A stretch of DNA of 64,000 nt from the IMG/VR virus record IMGVR_UViG_3300049460_000134, positions 1-64,000 of that record; one strand, given 5' to 3'. The notes under the pieces were generated by a model. That model was not told the DNA's origin and searched no databases. It was given only the letters and a program-made list of their open reading frames with translations. A program made the translations under genes and the position numbers. This stretch comes from a virus. Positions 10,725 through 20,608 of this stretch are shown here, one piece after another; position 1 is the first letter of the stretch, and each line of letters opens with the position of its first letter.

Positions 10725-11097
10725 TCTGAAGAAGGATTTGACGCCGATCCGTGAGAAGTTTCTCGCGCAGATCGACGCTGACGCGAACCGTGCGCTTGAG
10801 AGCTATCGCACGTCAGGAAACTACGCGGTCGCTGTCTACGCGCAAAAGCGCGCTGAACTGAGCGCATATGATTCAGGTGAGAAGTCGGCCGAAGAGCTTG
10901 TCATGCTGTCGACCGAAGCGCTTGCGCTGAAGGAGCGCCCCGAAGTTATTCTCGATAGCTGGCGCGCAAAGGTCGCCGCGGAAGATGCAGCTCTTCCGAA
11001 GATCGAAGCCTATCGCCAGGTCGCCAAGCAGAAGGTGAGGGATGCTCAGACTCCGGCCGAGATCGAAGCGGTCGTTGCTGATCTGGTTTGGCCGTGA
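10714..11097 (+). CDS. Tail fibre assembly-like protein
   Basis: Helical protein ending AQTPAEIEAVVADLVWP, typical of fibre assembly proteins. Confidence 0.55.
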   Translation: MKLSLKKDLTPIREKFLAQIDADANRALESYRTSGNYAVAVYAQKRAELSAYDSGEKSAEELVMLSTEALALKERPEVILDSWRAKVAAEDAALPKIEAYRQVAKQKVRDAQTPAEIEAVVADLVWP

Positions 11098-11133
11098 TTT
11101 AGACTGGATTTGCGGATTCTCGTCTGGCATAAT

Positions 11134-11154
11134 ATCAGTAAAGATTGACTGACA
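11134..11154 (+). promoter_or_regulatory. Operator-like motif copy
   Basis: ATCAGT AAAG ATTGAC TGACA before the lysis cassette. Confidence 0.75.
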
Positions 11155-11174
11155 CTTATCCCACGAGGCGCGAT

Positions 11175-11516
11175 ATGGCTACTCCAAAGGCAACGTTCGG
11201 CCTTTCCGACGCGCAAGCACGCGTCGGCTTCTTTCTATCGGTGATCGCCGCCGGCACGTTCTTTTGGAACATCGCTGCCTGGAAGAACACCAAGGACTTC
11301 AATGACGAGCAGCTCATCAAGGCTGACCAGAAGCAGTCCGAACAGGTCGATAAGCTGGTGGGCAGCGTGGACAATCTCAAAGTCACCGTGACCGAGCTTG
11401 TGACCGAAATGAAGGTTGAGCGCGAGGTTCGCCAGAGGGCAGGGGACTTCGGTCCTTTCCCGCAACAGGTGAAGTCTGGCTCCAAGCTCACTCTCAATGA
11501 TCTGGGGATCCACTAG
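11175..11516 (+). CDS. Single-TM membrane protein of the lysis cassette (holin/antiholin-like)
   Basis: One TM segment plus coiled coil; upstream of holin and endolysin. Confidence 0.5.
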   Translation: MATPKATFGLSDAQARVGFFLSVIAAGTFFWNIAAWKNTKDFNDEQLIKADQKQSEQVDKLVGSVDNLKVTVTELVTEMKVEREVRQRAGDFGPFPQQVKSGSKLTLNDLGIH

Positions 11517-11758
11517 TGCGGCAGTATCTCGACGCGCATTTGCATCCCGATTGGGAGCTCATTCTGAAGAAGGCACGGTCGATCCGCTGGATGGCAGCCG
11601 CCTTCGTGTTCACCGTCCTCGAGGCGGTCTTTGCCTATTACGGCGCACCCTTCGGCATTCCGAAAGGGCTGTTCGCTGTTCTGTCCGGCATCACAACGGC
11701 TTTCGCCTTCTACTCCCGAATGAAGGCTCAAAAGGAATTCGAAAATGCCAATAAATAA
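11516..11758 (+). CDS. Holin
   Basis: 80 aa, two TM segments, directly before endolysin. Confidence 0.65.
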   Translation: MRQYLDAHLHPDWELILKKARSIRWMAAAFVFTVLEAVFAYYGAPFGIPKGLFAVLSGITTAFAFYSRMKAQKEFENANK

Positions 11759-12395
11759 GCTTGTGCCATCCAAGCGCGCGGCCGCTGCGATCGCCGCCGC
11801 CATTGCGACCGCCAGTGCTGCTGGCTGGCACTCGACCAAGGATACCGATCCGGTCAAGCACGTCTACCCGCCGGCCGTCATCCTGGCGTCCGAACACCTG
11901 ATCAAGACCTGGGAAGGTGTTGTGCTGAAGACGCACTACGATCCCTTCGCCAAGATCAACGATATCTGCTACGGCAAGACGCGCATCAACGGAAAGCCAA
12001 TTCCGGCTGGCATGACCGTGACGCTCCAGCAGTGCCAGGATTGGCTGCGCGAGGATCTCTTCGCCGGCTATTACCAGCCGCTGACCAAGAAGATCACTGG
12101 CTACACGTCCTTTCCGATCGGCAACCAGGCATCTCAGCTCTCCGGCGGCTACAATTTCGGCGTCGGCGCCATGTCTAAGTCCACCGCCGCCAGGCTGGCA
12201 ACGGAAGCCTATCTCCTCTCGCTCAAGGGTGAGACCGCCAAGGCTACCGCCAAATATCTCGCATCCTGTGAAGCACAGCGCGCATTCGACAAGGCTGGTG
12301 GCCAGAAGGTCCGCGGTCTCGAGCTGCGCCGCGGCATGGGCGACAAGCAACGCATGGGCGAAGGTGAGGTCTGCGTCACCGGCCAGGTCAAGTAA
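11745..12395 (+). CDS. Endolysin, GH24 lysozyme with SAR-like N-terminus
   Basis: Ala-rich N-terminus; WEG...YD...ICYGKT, YNFGVG, GLELRR. Confidence 0.88.
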   Translation: MPINKLVPSKRAAAAIAAAIATASAAGWHSTKDTDPVKHVYPPAVILASEHLIKTWEGVVLKTHYDPFAKINDICYGKTRINGKPIPAGMTVTLQQCQDWLREDLFAGYYQPLTKKITGYTSFPIGNQASQLSGGYNFGVGAMSKSTAARLATEAYLLSLKGETAKATAKYLASCEAQRAFDKAGGQKVRGLELRRGMGDKQRMGEGEVCVTGQVK

Positions 12396-12404
12396 GGAAT
12401 AGAA

Positions 12405-12833
12405 ATGACGAAAGCGATTCAATCCGTAATTAGCGAAATCGCTCTTTCGCTAGTGTCCGATGGCAAGCCTGTCTTCGGTATCACTGAGCTCCAGGCCAGG
12501 CTCGATGGTGTTCCGGTCGAAGGCATCGAGGTCGATCCTGAAGATCTTCAGGATCTGCTCGGAGCCGAGCTCTTCGAGGCTAATGGCTATGACGAGCTTC
12601 CGGACGAGGTCCAGGCGCAGATGGTCCGCAACGCCTACGATCTCGGCGAGACGCGCGCCAACATTCTCCTCCAGGCTGCTCTGACACAGGTGACATCGGC
12701 TCTGCACATCACCGGCACGCTCGAAAAGGCCGACTTCGACTTCGCGCACCAGATTGCCAACGAGCAGCCAGGTCTCCTGTCGGATTGCCTGACGCAGCGC
12801 CGGACCATCCTCATGAAGAGGATCGAGGCATGA
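12405..12833 (+). CDS. Hypothetical protein
   Basis: RBS AAGGA; coding-like ORF. Confidence 0.6.
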   Translation: MTKAIQSVISEIALSLVSDGKPVFGITELQARLDGVPVEGIEVDPEDLQDLLGAELFEANGYDELPDEVQAQMVRNAYDLGETRANILLQAALTQVTSALHITGTLEKADFDFAHQIANEQPGLLSDCLTQRRTILMKRIEA

Positions 12834-13219
12834 TTTCGCTGACAGCCATCAAGGCCAACGCCAAGCTCATCGGTGCGGCGATCAGCGGTTTGGTCATCAT
12901 AGGCCTGTTCGCTACGGTTTTGATCCAGCACGCCAACCTGAAGGCAGCCGAAACCGCGCTCACCTCCGAGAAGGACAAGCGCCTGGCCGCGGAGTTCGCA
13001 CTGACCGACACGGTCAAGCGCCAGAACGCCCAGCTCGAAAACATCAAGATCCTCGAGGAGCAGCGCCAGGCAATCCCGGCTGCAGTCGAGCCCTTCTATC
13101 TGCGCCTCGATGCGCTCCAGACCAAGGATGAAACTACCGATGCGCAAAGCACTCTTGCTGACCGCCTTAATGGTCTCAACGCTGACGCTAACCGGCTGCT
13201 TGAGCAATCGAGCCGCTGA
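12830..13219 (+). CDS. i-spanin (Rz-like)
   Basis: N-terminal TM plus coiled coil; overlaps a lipoprotein gene. Confidence 0.75.
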   Translation: MISLTAIKANAKLIGAAISGLVIIGLFATVLIQHANLKAAETALTSEKDKRLAAEFALTDTVKRQNAQLENIKILEEQRQAIPAAVEPFYLRLDALQTKDETTDAQSTLADRLNGLNADANRLLEQSSR

Positions 13220-13457
13220 TCGCTACGTCGCGGCACCTGTCGTCGAGGAATACAAGCCGAAACGGCCGGCAACCCTGAAGCTCGAAAACGAGACGTTCCG
13301 GATGTGTGAGCACGAGGACACGACGACTGTTGTCTGCATGGGTATCGACGACGCCAAGAAGATCATCCGGAATAAGGTGAAGATCACCTCGTATGTAAAG
13401 GAAACCAATGCGGTTTTAGACTTTTACGAACGTTCCGGAACGCCGTCTTCTCACTAA
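13140..13457 (+). CDS. o-spanin lipoprotein (Rz1-like)
   Basis: Signal peptide with lipobox LTLTGC; overlaps the 3' end of the i-spanin. Confidence 0.75.
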   Translation: MRKALLLTALMVSTLTLTGCLSNRAADRYVAAPVVEEYKPKRPATLKLENETFRMCEHEDTTTVVCMGIDDAKKIIRNKVKITSYVKETNAVLDFYERSGTPSSH

Positions 13458-13485
13458 TATAAGATACATAGAAAGATAGATTATT

Positions 13486-15351
13486 ATGTATGAAGACGGC
13501 TCCGGAAAGACTTCTTCCTCTCATGCTTCGGATCTTAGATTTGCTGAGGTTTATAACGACCTTGCGACGTATCCTTTCCTCGCAGACGTAGCCTACGAGC
13601 TCGATATCTCCTATCAAACAGTCCGGAACAAAGCTGCGGTCCTGCGTGGTCGTAAGCGCCATGGAGAAGACGTTCCGGATCTGATCTCTCGTGTCGGTGT
13701 CAAAGCACCTGGCAAGGAGAAGGAATTTGTCGATCCGATCGTTCACGCGAACGCACGCGCCGATCATCTGCGCGAGCAGCTCCACGACCTCCTGACCTCG
13801 TCGCGCTATCCAGTGACCAACCCTGAAGCCGTGATGGTCGAGGGAACGCTGAACGACCGCTACAACAGAACGTCGGGCTCGCGTGAGAAAACCGAAGGTG
13901 TTCCGCGCACCTGGTTGACCGATAAGCTGCGCGGCGAAGGTGTCGAGGATCCTCGAGGCCGCAAGTTCCTGTTCACCGGCGCACAGAACGATTGTCCGGT
14001 CGATCCCGATTTCTGGCTGAACCTACAGGCCTACGCCGAATATCTCGACGCCGATATCGTCATTGGTCCAGGCACCTATGAAACGCAGTGGTGGGCTGAA
14101 AACAATCCTGCCGTCCGCTCTTACGCTCCGGAGATTCAGGAGTTCCTTTGCTTCGGCCAGATGGAGATCGGAAACGAGTTCGTCTTTGCAGGCGAAATGA
14201 ACATGCTGCCGACGGCAAACAGGCCGGTGTCTGACCTGGCGAATTACTCGGCCGGCAAGTGGACCGTGTTTCCGCATGCCAAGCGCCAGCTCCAGTCCAT
14301 CGCCTCGCTCGATCCACACAAGCAGGCTCACCAGATCATGACGACTGGCCTCGTCACGCGTCCGAAGATCATTCCGCGCAAGGCCGGCATCAAGTCGCTC
14401 GCCTATCACACGATCGGCGCCACCATCGTTGAGTTCGACCAGGATGGCGATCTCTTCTGTCGGCAGATCACCGCCGGTCCAAATGGCGCATTCTATGACC
14501 TCGAATACTTCGTCTCTGATGGCGTCGTAGACCTCCATGACGGTGTCGATCTGATCGTCGCCGCCGACTGGCACCTTCGCAAGTTCCACAAGGAGAACTC
14601 GAAGGCTGTCCTCCACCGATCGACCGGAATGATTGCGGTCCTGCAAGCGAAAGAACTGGCTGTTCATGACATCTTCGACAACGAAACGCGGAATCACCAC
14701 CACGTCCACGACAACGCCCATTCCTACGAAATGGCTATTCGAGGAAGAGAGAGCGTCTTCTCCGAGATTTCCGACGTCGCGGAATTCCTCGCTGAAGTCT
14801 CGCAGGCCGTAAAGGTCACGGTCGTCGAAGCCAACCACGATATCGCGCTTGAGCGCTATGTAAGGGAAGGGCGCTATCGCAACGACGGCATCAACATTCG
14901 GCTCGGCTTGCAGCTCGAGGACGCCTACCTGGAAGCGCGCGAGCGCCAGGCTAACCAGCTCGATAGTGGCGAGCCGGTCGATAGCTTCAGTCTTCTGGAA
15001 TACGCCGTCCGCACAATTGGGGACCGAGCCGATCTGGATCTGGGCAATGTGAATTGGGTCCACGATGGCTACTCCTACACGGTCAATGGTGTCGAGGTTG
15101 GCAATCACGGCTTCCGCGGTGCGAACGGAGCTCGCGGCACAATGGCAGGCTTTGCCGCGCTCGGCCGCAAGATGACGATCGGCGACAAGCACACGCCAGG
15201 CATTCTGGATGACGTGTTCTGCGTCGGCGCCATGAACCTTCGGCACGGCTACAATAAGGGGCCGAGCGGCTGGGCTGTCACTCAAGGCGTTCACTATCCA
15301 GATGGCAACCGCACGCTCGTTACCTTCCAGAACTCGAAATGGCGTGGCTGA
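13486..15351 (+). CDS. HTH + metallophosphoesterase-fold protein, T5 A1-like putative nuclease
   Basis: N-terminal HTH (LADVAYELDISYQTVRNK); FTGAQN, ADWH, HDIFD, ANHD, HG..GANG, YNKGPSGW. Confidence 0.6.
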   Translation: MYEDGSGKTSSSHASDLRFAEVYNDLATYPFLADVAYELDISYQTVRNKAAVLRGRKRHGEDVPDLISRVGVKAPGKEKEFVDPIVHANARADHLREQLHDLLTSSRYPVTNPEAVMVEGTLNDRYNRTSGSREKTEGVPRTWLTDKLRGEGVEDPRGRKFLFTGAQNDCPVDPDFWLNLQAYAEYLDADIVIGPGTYETQWWAENNPAVRSYAPEIQEFLCFGQMEIGNEFVFAGEMNMLPTANRPVSDLANYSAGKWTVFPHAKRQLQSIASLDPHKQAHQIMTTGLVTRPKIIPRKAGIKSLAYHTIGATIVEFDQDGDLFCRQITAGPNGAFYDLEYFVSDGVVDLHDGVDLIVAADWHLRKFHKENSKAVLHRSTGMIAVLQAKELAVHDIFDNETRNHHHVHDNAHSYEMAIRGRESVFSEISDVAEFLAEVSQAVKVTVVEANHDIALERYVREGRYRNDGINIRLGLQLEDAYLEARERQANQLDSGEPVDSFSLLEYAVRTIGDRADLDLGNVNWVHDGYSYTVNGVEVGNHGFRGANGARGTMAGFAALGRKMTIGDKHTPGILDDVFCVGAMNLRHGYNKGPSGWAVTQGVHYPDGNRTLVTFQNSKWRG

Positions 15352-15355
15352 TGTT

Positions 15356-15376
15356 GTCAGTCATTATTGACTGACA
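15356..15376 (+). promoter_or_regulatory. Operator-like motif copy
   Basis: GTCAGT CATT ATTGAC TGACA before the fibre operon. Confidence 0.75.
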
Positions 15377-15406
15377 TATAATTGCTGCTCAAGTAAGGAG
15401 ATCCGC

Positions 15407-15757
15407 ATGGCGTCGCAGAAGTTCAAGGGAAAGATCATCACGGCAGGATACGATTGGAGTATCCGGCTGAGCTTCGCTAACTCGGCGATTACCTTTCCTG
15501 CAAACTCAACGTTCACCAGCCAGGTCCGACGCGATCCAGAAGTGGATGACGTCATTGCGACACTGACGACGGCGAACGGCGGCATCGTCCGGATAGACGA
15601 GAAGACCCTTGAGATCCGGGTTGCTGGTGCATCGAGCGCCAACTGGCCGAACCGTGTCGCCTATATCGATGTGGTCCGCACCGACACCAATCCGAAGCAG
15701 CACCTCGGCTTTGAGCTGAAGGTTCCTGTTCGTCGCGCCATCACGCGGGGTCTGTAA
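15407..15757 (+). CDS. Virion structural protein (fibre adaptor / BppU-N-like)
   Basis: Beta-rich 116 aa protein preceding the fibre; strong RBS. Confidence 0.5.
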   Translation: MASQKFKGKIITAGYDWSIRLSFANSAITFPANSTFTSQVRRDPEVDDVIATLTTANGGIVRIDEKTLEIRVAGASSANWPNRVAYIDVVRTDTNPKQHLGFELKVPVRRAITRGL

Positions 15758-18717
15758 TGGATACGATTGTCATTGAGGTCGGCGATGTCGACGTAAAGTT
15801 CCCATATGTGGCTGATGGCGTCGTCATCAGTGGCGATGATGCTGAGATCGAGATCGTGCAGCTCGGCGAGATCGTCGTTCCTGAAGTCGTCGGCTTTGCC
15901 GTTGGTCCGAAGGGCGATCCTGGTATCATCCACTACACGCCGGAATTCGAGGAGGCGCGTGACGAGGCGATCGCCGCTGCTCAAGCTGCCGCAGCTTCCG
16001 AAGCCGCAGCCGCCCAGAGCGAACACAATACCGATCTCAGTGAGACTGCGGCTGACCAATCGCGCGCAACCGCTGCTCAGAAGGCAATCGACGCTGCGAC
16101 GTCCGCACAGGAAGCCAAGGACGCTCGCGATATCACCATCCAGGCAAAGAACGACGGCGTCATAGCAAAGGATGCGGCTGTCGCTGCTCAAGGTGTTACC
16201 GAAACCGCACGCGATGCGGCGATCACCGCCAAGAACGATGCTCAGACGGCCAAGATCGGCGCCGACGCTGCGCAGATTGCTGCTGAAGCCGCGCAAGCAC
16301 TTGCCGAAGGCGAACATGCCGCGGCCGAGCTCGAAGCTGATAGAAGCGCACAGAGCGCATCCGACGCCCTTGCATATAAGAATGCTGCTGCAACTAGCGC
16401 GAACGCAGCCAGTGACTCTGCTACGGCCGCTGACGCGTCTGCTGGTGCTGCTTTGCAGTCGAAGAATGACGCTGCGACCTCTGCAAGCGATGCAGCGACG
16501 ACAAAGGGCGACGTTGACCAGGCAAAGACCGACACAGTCGCGGCCAAGAATGCCGCCCAGACTGCACAGACGGCGTCTGAGACGGCCCGTGACGGCGCGC
16601 AGTCGGCCAAGGCCGCTGCTGAAACCGCCCGTGACGTCTCACTGCAGGCAGTAACAGACGCTCAGACGGCTCAGACAGGTGCCGAGACCGCGCAGACTGC
16701 CGCGGAAGCTGCACAGGCTTACGCTGAGACGACGCGTGAGGTTATCGAGGAGCTCGTCGGCGATCTCGATGGCGTGGATCTCACGGCCTTCGCGACCAAG
16801 GGTGCCAATGGCTCCGACTTCACCGATCCGGCTCAGTTCCGCATCAACCTCAATCTGCAGGTCGCGTTGCCGACTGTTGATGACGCTGCTGCGTCTACCG
16901 GCTCGTCTCTCGATGTCGGCCTCTGGTCGCCGGCTGCTGTTCGTCTGAATGTCAGCACCTACGCTGCTCAGAAGGTTCACACGCATCCGACCAGTGATAT
17001 CGATGGTCTCGACGACTATCTGACCGCTTTCGTTCGCAAGGATCAGAACGGTTCGGATTTCGATGATCCTAACCAGGTGCGCGTGACCATCGGCGCTCAT
17101 GCCTCTATGGATCTCGTGACGCAGGAAGCTGCGGAAGCAGGCACAGAAACCGTCGAGCGCTCCTGGACTGCCAAGCGCGTTGCCCAGGCGATCAATGCGC
17201 AGGCGACCGGCGCGCTCACACCCGTCCTCGAGACCAAAGCGCCAAAGGATTCGCCGTCGTTTGTTGGCAGCCCGACTGCGCCAACACCTGCGCAAGGTGA
17301 TTTCGGCCCCGCGATCGCGACGACCGAGTTTGTCCAGATCGCGATCGGCGATCTGAAGGTCGGCGCTCCGGAGCTATACGACACACTCGCCAAGATCGGC
17401 ACCTGGCTTGAAGCAAACGATACCGAACTGGCGTCCGCGATCTCGTTCAAGGCGGATGCGTCCCAGGTCTACACGAAGGCGCAGGTCGACGCGGCGATCG
17501 CAAACGCCCCGCACGCTGACGCTACGCCGGTTGGCACGCTAATCTTCCGCACCAAGAGTGATACGCCGCTTGGATACCTGCCCGCTGAAGGCGGCACCTT
17601 TGACCAGGCGGTCTATCCTGATCTCTATGCCTTCCTGGGCACGAACGTCCTTCCGGACATGCGCGATCGCGTTCCGCGTGGCACTGGCACCCTGGCTGGT
17701 GCTGCTGGAACCACGCAGGAAGACGCCCTGCAGAATATTACGGGTAAGTTCAAGGTCGCAGGTCAGGTCGGTGGTATCGACGGCGCATCGGGTGTCTTTG
17801 CCATCAGTGATACGCCGGGATATTACCCTAACTCCTGGACGTCCACGACGAACGCCGCTGTCGGTTACGGCAACTTCGACGCTTCTCGCGTGGCTCGCAC
17901 CGCGACGGAAACTCGCGTCAAGTCGGCTGTCGGTCGCTTCTTCATCAAGGCATACTCTGCGGTCACTAACCCTTCGACTCTGGACATGGAGGCGCTGGCG
18001 CAGAAGATCAACGCGCTGCCGGCTATCAGCGCCACCTGGCCGATCGACGTTACCAAGCTCGGCGGCGTTGTAGCGGCAAACTATGCGCTCAAGACTGATC
18101 TTACGCCGTATTTCCCCGTCGCAGGCGGCCTCTTTGGCGGTGCAGTGACCTTTGCGGGTATACAGGGTAACTCCGCACAGGGCGATGCGACTGGCAATGT
18201 TACTATCCAGAACCTGACGAATGCGTCGACGGGCGACAGCGCCATGGCCGTCCTGAAGTTCCTCTGCAATGGCACCTACGGTATCAAGATGCATCTTCGC
18301 CCTGATGGCTACTTCGGCCTTGGTGGCTGGTCATCTGCGGCATGGCGCTGGTATTCTGCAGCAGACGGCACGATGGTCGCTTCGGGCAACATCGCCGCTT
18401 ACTCCGATCCGCGTTTGAAGGACGACGTGGAAGAGATCGACGGCGCGCTCGATATCATCAAGAGCCTGCGCGGCGTTCGCTTCACCTGGAACCACAGGAC
18501 TACGCTTATCGGTCGCCCTGGTGAACGCGACATAGGTATCCTCGCTGACGAAGTTGAGGCTGTTCTGCCTGAGATCGTCGGTCGCTCCATTCCTGACCCG
18601 ACGAATGATGACGAGCGGTGGAAGATCGTCGCTTACGACAAGCTGACGCCCGTTCTGATCCAGGCCGTCAAGGAGCTTTCGGCGCGCATCGAGCAGCTTG
18701 AGGGAAGGGTGGTCTAA
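15757..18717 (+). CDS. Long tail fibre with Ala-rich shaft, collar domain and C-terminal intramolecular chaperone (peptidase S74)
   Basis: Ala/Thr repeats, APKDSPSFVGSPTAPTP, PVGTLI...YPDLYAFLG collar, YSDPRLKDDV. Confidence 0.9.
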   Translation: MDTIVIEVGDVDVKFPYVADGVVISGDDAEIEIVQLGEIVVPEVVGFAVGPKGDPGIIHYTPEFEEARDEAIAAAQAAAASEAAAAQSEHNTDLSETAADQSRATAAQKAIDAATSAQEAKDARDITIQAKNDGVIAKDAAVAAQGVTETARDAAITAKNDAQTAKIGADAAQIAAEAAQALAEGEHAAAELEADRSAQSASDALAYKNAAATSANAASDSATAADASAGAALQSKNDAATSASDAATTKGDVDQAKTDTVAAKNAAQTAQTASETARDGAQSAKAAAETARDVSLQAVTDAQTAQTGAETAQTAAEAAQAYAETTREVIEELVGDLDGVDLTAFATKGANGSDFTDPAQFRINLNLQVALPTVDDAAASTGSSLDVGLWSPAAVRLNVSTYAAQKVHTHPTSDIDGLDDYLTAFVRKDQNGSDFDDPNQVRVTIGAHASMDLVTQEAAEAGTETVERSWTAKRVAQAINAQATGALTPVLETKAPKDSPSFVGSPTAPTPAQGDFGPAIATTEFVQIAIGDLKVGAPELYDTLAKIGTWLEANDTELASAISFKADASQVYTKAQVDAAIANAPHADATPVGTLIFRTKSDTPLGYLPAEGGTFDQAVYPDLYAFLGTNVLPDMRDRVPRGTGTLAGAAGTTQEDALQNITGKFKVAGQVGGIDGASGVFAISDTPGYYPNSWTSTTNAAVGYGNFDASRVARTATETRVKSAVGRFFIKAYSAVTNPSTLDMEALAQKINALPAISATWPIDVTKLGGVVAANYALKTDLTPYFPVAGGLFGGAVTFAGIQGNSAQGDATGNVTIQNLTNASTGDSAMAVLKFLCNGTYGIKMHLRPDGYFGLGGWSSAAWRWYSAADGTMVASGNIAAYSDPRLKDDVEEIDGALDIIKSLRGVRFTWNHRTTLIGRPGERDIGILADEVEAVLPEIVGRSIPDPTNDDERWKIVAYDKLTPVLIQAVKELSARIEQLEGRVV

Positions 18718-19109
18718 TGCCCGTCCCCTCGTCCGGTATCCTTTATATGAGCTATTTCAATACCGAGTTCGGCCTCGGCTACAGCTTTGCGTCCTATCGT
18801 GGCAGGGGTTCCGTGCCTGCTTCCGGGACCATCTACTTCTCGCAGATGTATGGGGCCGCGAACCGCGATCCTGTCAGCGGTGACTACTACACCCTCAATA
18901 GCTGGGAATGGGCCATGAACCCGACGGGTGGTGGCGACGGCCAGGGGCACCTGCAGCTACGCTGGAACGGCGCCATGGCCTACACCAACGGTATCCATGC
19001 CAATGTGACATCGATCACTTGGGGCGACGGCTGGACTTACTACCGCAGCACCTGGCGAGTGAAGTCAGGCTTATATGATCGTTACGGCGTTTATAGGATA
19101 AAGAATTGA
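18717..19109 (+). CDS. Small fibre-tip adhesin-like protein
   Basis: N-terminus P.SG.LYMS...VPASGTIYFSQMYG; Gly/aromatic-rich; follows the fibre. Confidence 0.5.
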   Translation: MPVPSSGILYMSYFNTEFGLGYSFASYRGRGSVPASGTIYFSQMYGAANRDPVSGDYYTLNSWEWAMNPTGGGDGQGHLQLRWNGAMAYTNGIHANVTSITWGDGWTYYRSTWRVKSGLYDRYGVYRIKN

Positions 19110-19675
19110 ACAAGAACTACACCATTTCCCGCATCTTCCTTGATGGCGACAGCAAGATCACTGCTGTCGAGTTCCGGCTTGCGTTTACCCTTGATGAGTA
19201 TCCCGGCTTTGCGTCGGTTCATCAGGCCACTCAGTCCGTTCCCGAAACGCTCAGTGCCGACGCTACGGACGAGGAGATCATTGATCTGCTGCAGCCGGAG
19301 CTAATGCCGATCATCGGGCAGCTTGAGCTATACCACGGCAATCAGATCATGTGGCAACACAAGCTGGCGACTTCTACCGTCGTCCAGAAGGAAGAGCAGC
19401 CTGTCGCTTACGAGCCGCTATGGCCGGTTGACTTTAAGCTCGGCATGATGCGCCTCAATGTTACGCCTGACATGGTTGACGCTGCGATCTCCCAGCTCGA
19501 CGAGCCCGATCGGACCATTGCTCAGATCTACTGGACTTCGGCCAATCAGTTCATGCGTGACAATCCGCTGATCGACCAGATTGCCGGAGCCTTTGGCAAG
19601 ACGGCTGCCGAGGTCGATGCGGTTTGGCTGCAGGCGCAGGACAACGCCAAACAGAGTGCAAATTTGTCGGCTTAA
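19106..19675 (+). CDS. Tail fibre assembly/chaperone-like protein
   Basis: C-terminal W..A..F.R.NPLI...G.T..EVDAVW motif; position. Confidence 0.5.
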   Translation: MNKNYTISRIFLDGDSKITAVEFRLAFTLDEYPGFASVHQATQSVPETLSADATDEEIIDLLQPELMPIIGQLELYHGNQIMWQHKLATSTVVQKEEQPVAYEPLWPVDFKLGMMRLNVTPDMVDAAISQLDEPDRTIAQIYWTSANQFMRDNPLIDQIAGAFGKTAAEVDAVWLQAQDNAKQSANLSA

Positions 19676-19676
19676 T

Positions 19677-19697
19677 TGTCAGTCAGTATTTACTGAC
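19677..19697 (-). promoter_or_regulatory. Operator-like motif copy (inverted)
   Basis: Reverse complement GTCAGT AAAT ACTGAC TGACA before phoH. Confidence 0.75.
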
Positions 19698-19747
19698 AAG
19701 ATGAATTCAGCGATACTGGTGACATTCGAAATACCGGAGTTCAACGA

Positions 19748-20608
19748 ATGTCCCAGGCTCGCCGCACCTCTAAGTCCGATAACAGGAAGGGGCGTCGCGA
19801 CGCCCGTAATCGTTCGGACAAGCATAACAATCTCGTTCAAGCCGTCATCGAAGAGCGTGCCGCTCGCACGCAGAAGCCGAAGACCAAGACCGGCCTCGTT
19901 GTCGCGCTCAATCCAGGTCAGAAGGCCTATGACGCCGCAATCCGCAGCTCCGACGTTGTATTCGGCATTGGACCGGCAGGAACCGGCAAGACCTGGTTCG
20001 CTGTTCAGCGTGCGGTCGAAGCCTATAAGGCAGGCCTCATTGAAAAGATCTACGTCACCCGACCGGCTGTCGAGGTCGAGCGCGGCATGGGCTTCCTGCC
20101 AGGTGAGCTGGATGAGAAGTTCGATCCATACCTGAAGCCGCTCGAAGAAGCGTTCATCGAAGCCTTTGGTGGCGAGGCTCAATACGGATGGGCGGTCGAG
20201 GCTGGCGTCATTGATCCGCGACCGCTCGCCTTCATGCGCGGCTGCACACTCAAGAATGGCTGGCTGCTAGCTGACGAAATGCAGAATGCCACTCAGACCG
20301 AGTTCAAGATGCTCCTGACGCGTTTCGGTGAAGCCGCCAAGTTCATCATCAATGGCGACCCGCGGCAGATCGACCAGAACATCCGCTCCGGTCTGCAAGA
20401 CGCGGTCAACCGCACCAGCACGATCGCCGGCGTTTCGACCGTCACCTTTGCCAAGACCGACATTGTCCGACACGGTCTCGTGCAGAAATTTGTAGAAGCT
20501 TACGAAGAGCCTTCGAATTCTGACTATTATGCTGACAACGAAGACAGCACGAGTGGGCTAAACAGGTTTCTTAATGCAAGCAGCGCAAACATCGGACGCA
20601 CGTATTGA
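19748..20608 (+). CDS. phoH: PhoH-family ATPase
   Basis: GPAGTGKT, TRPAVE, GFLPG, AFMRGCT, DEMQN, GDPRQID. Confidence 0.95.
   Translation: MSQARRTSKSDNRKGRRDARNRSDKHNNLVQAVIEERAARTQKPKTKTGLVVALNPGQKAYDAAIRSSDVVFGIGPAGTGKTWFAVQRAVEAYKAGLIEKIYVTRPAVEVERGMGFLPGELDEKFDPYLKPLEEAFIEAFGGEAQYGWAVEAGVIDPRPLAFMRGCTLKNGWLLADEMQNATQTEFKMLLTRFGEAAKFIINGDPRQIDQNIRSGLQDAVNRTSTIAGVSTVTFAKTDIVRHGLVQKFVEAYEEPSNSDYYADNEDSTSGLNRFLNASSANIGRTY

Noticed and set aside
15757-19109. Diversity-generating retroelement or invertible fibre cassette
   Set aside because: No reverse transcriptase, invertase or TR/VR duplicate seen in the window.
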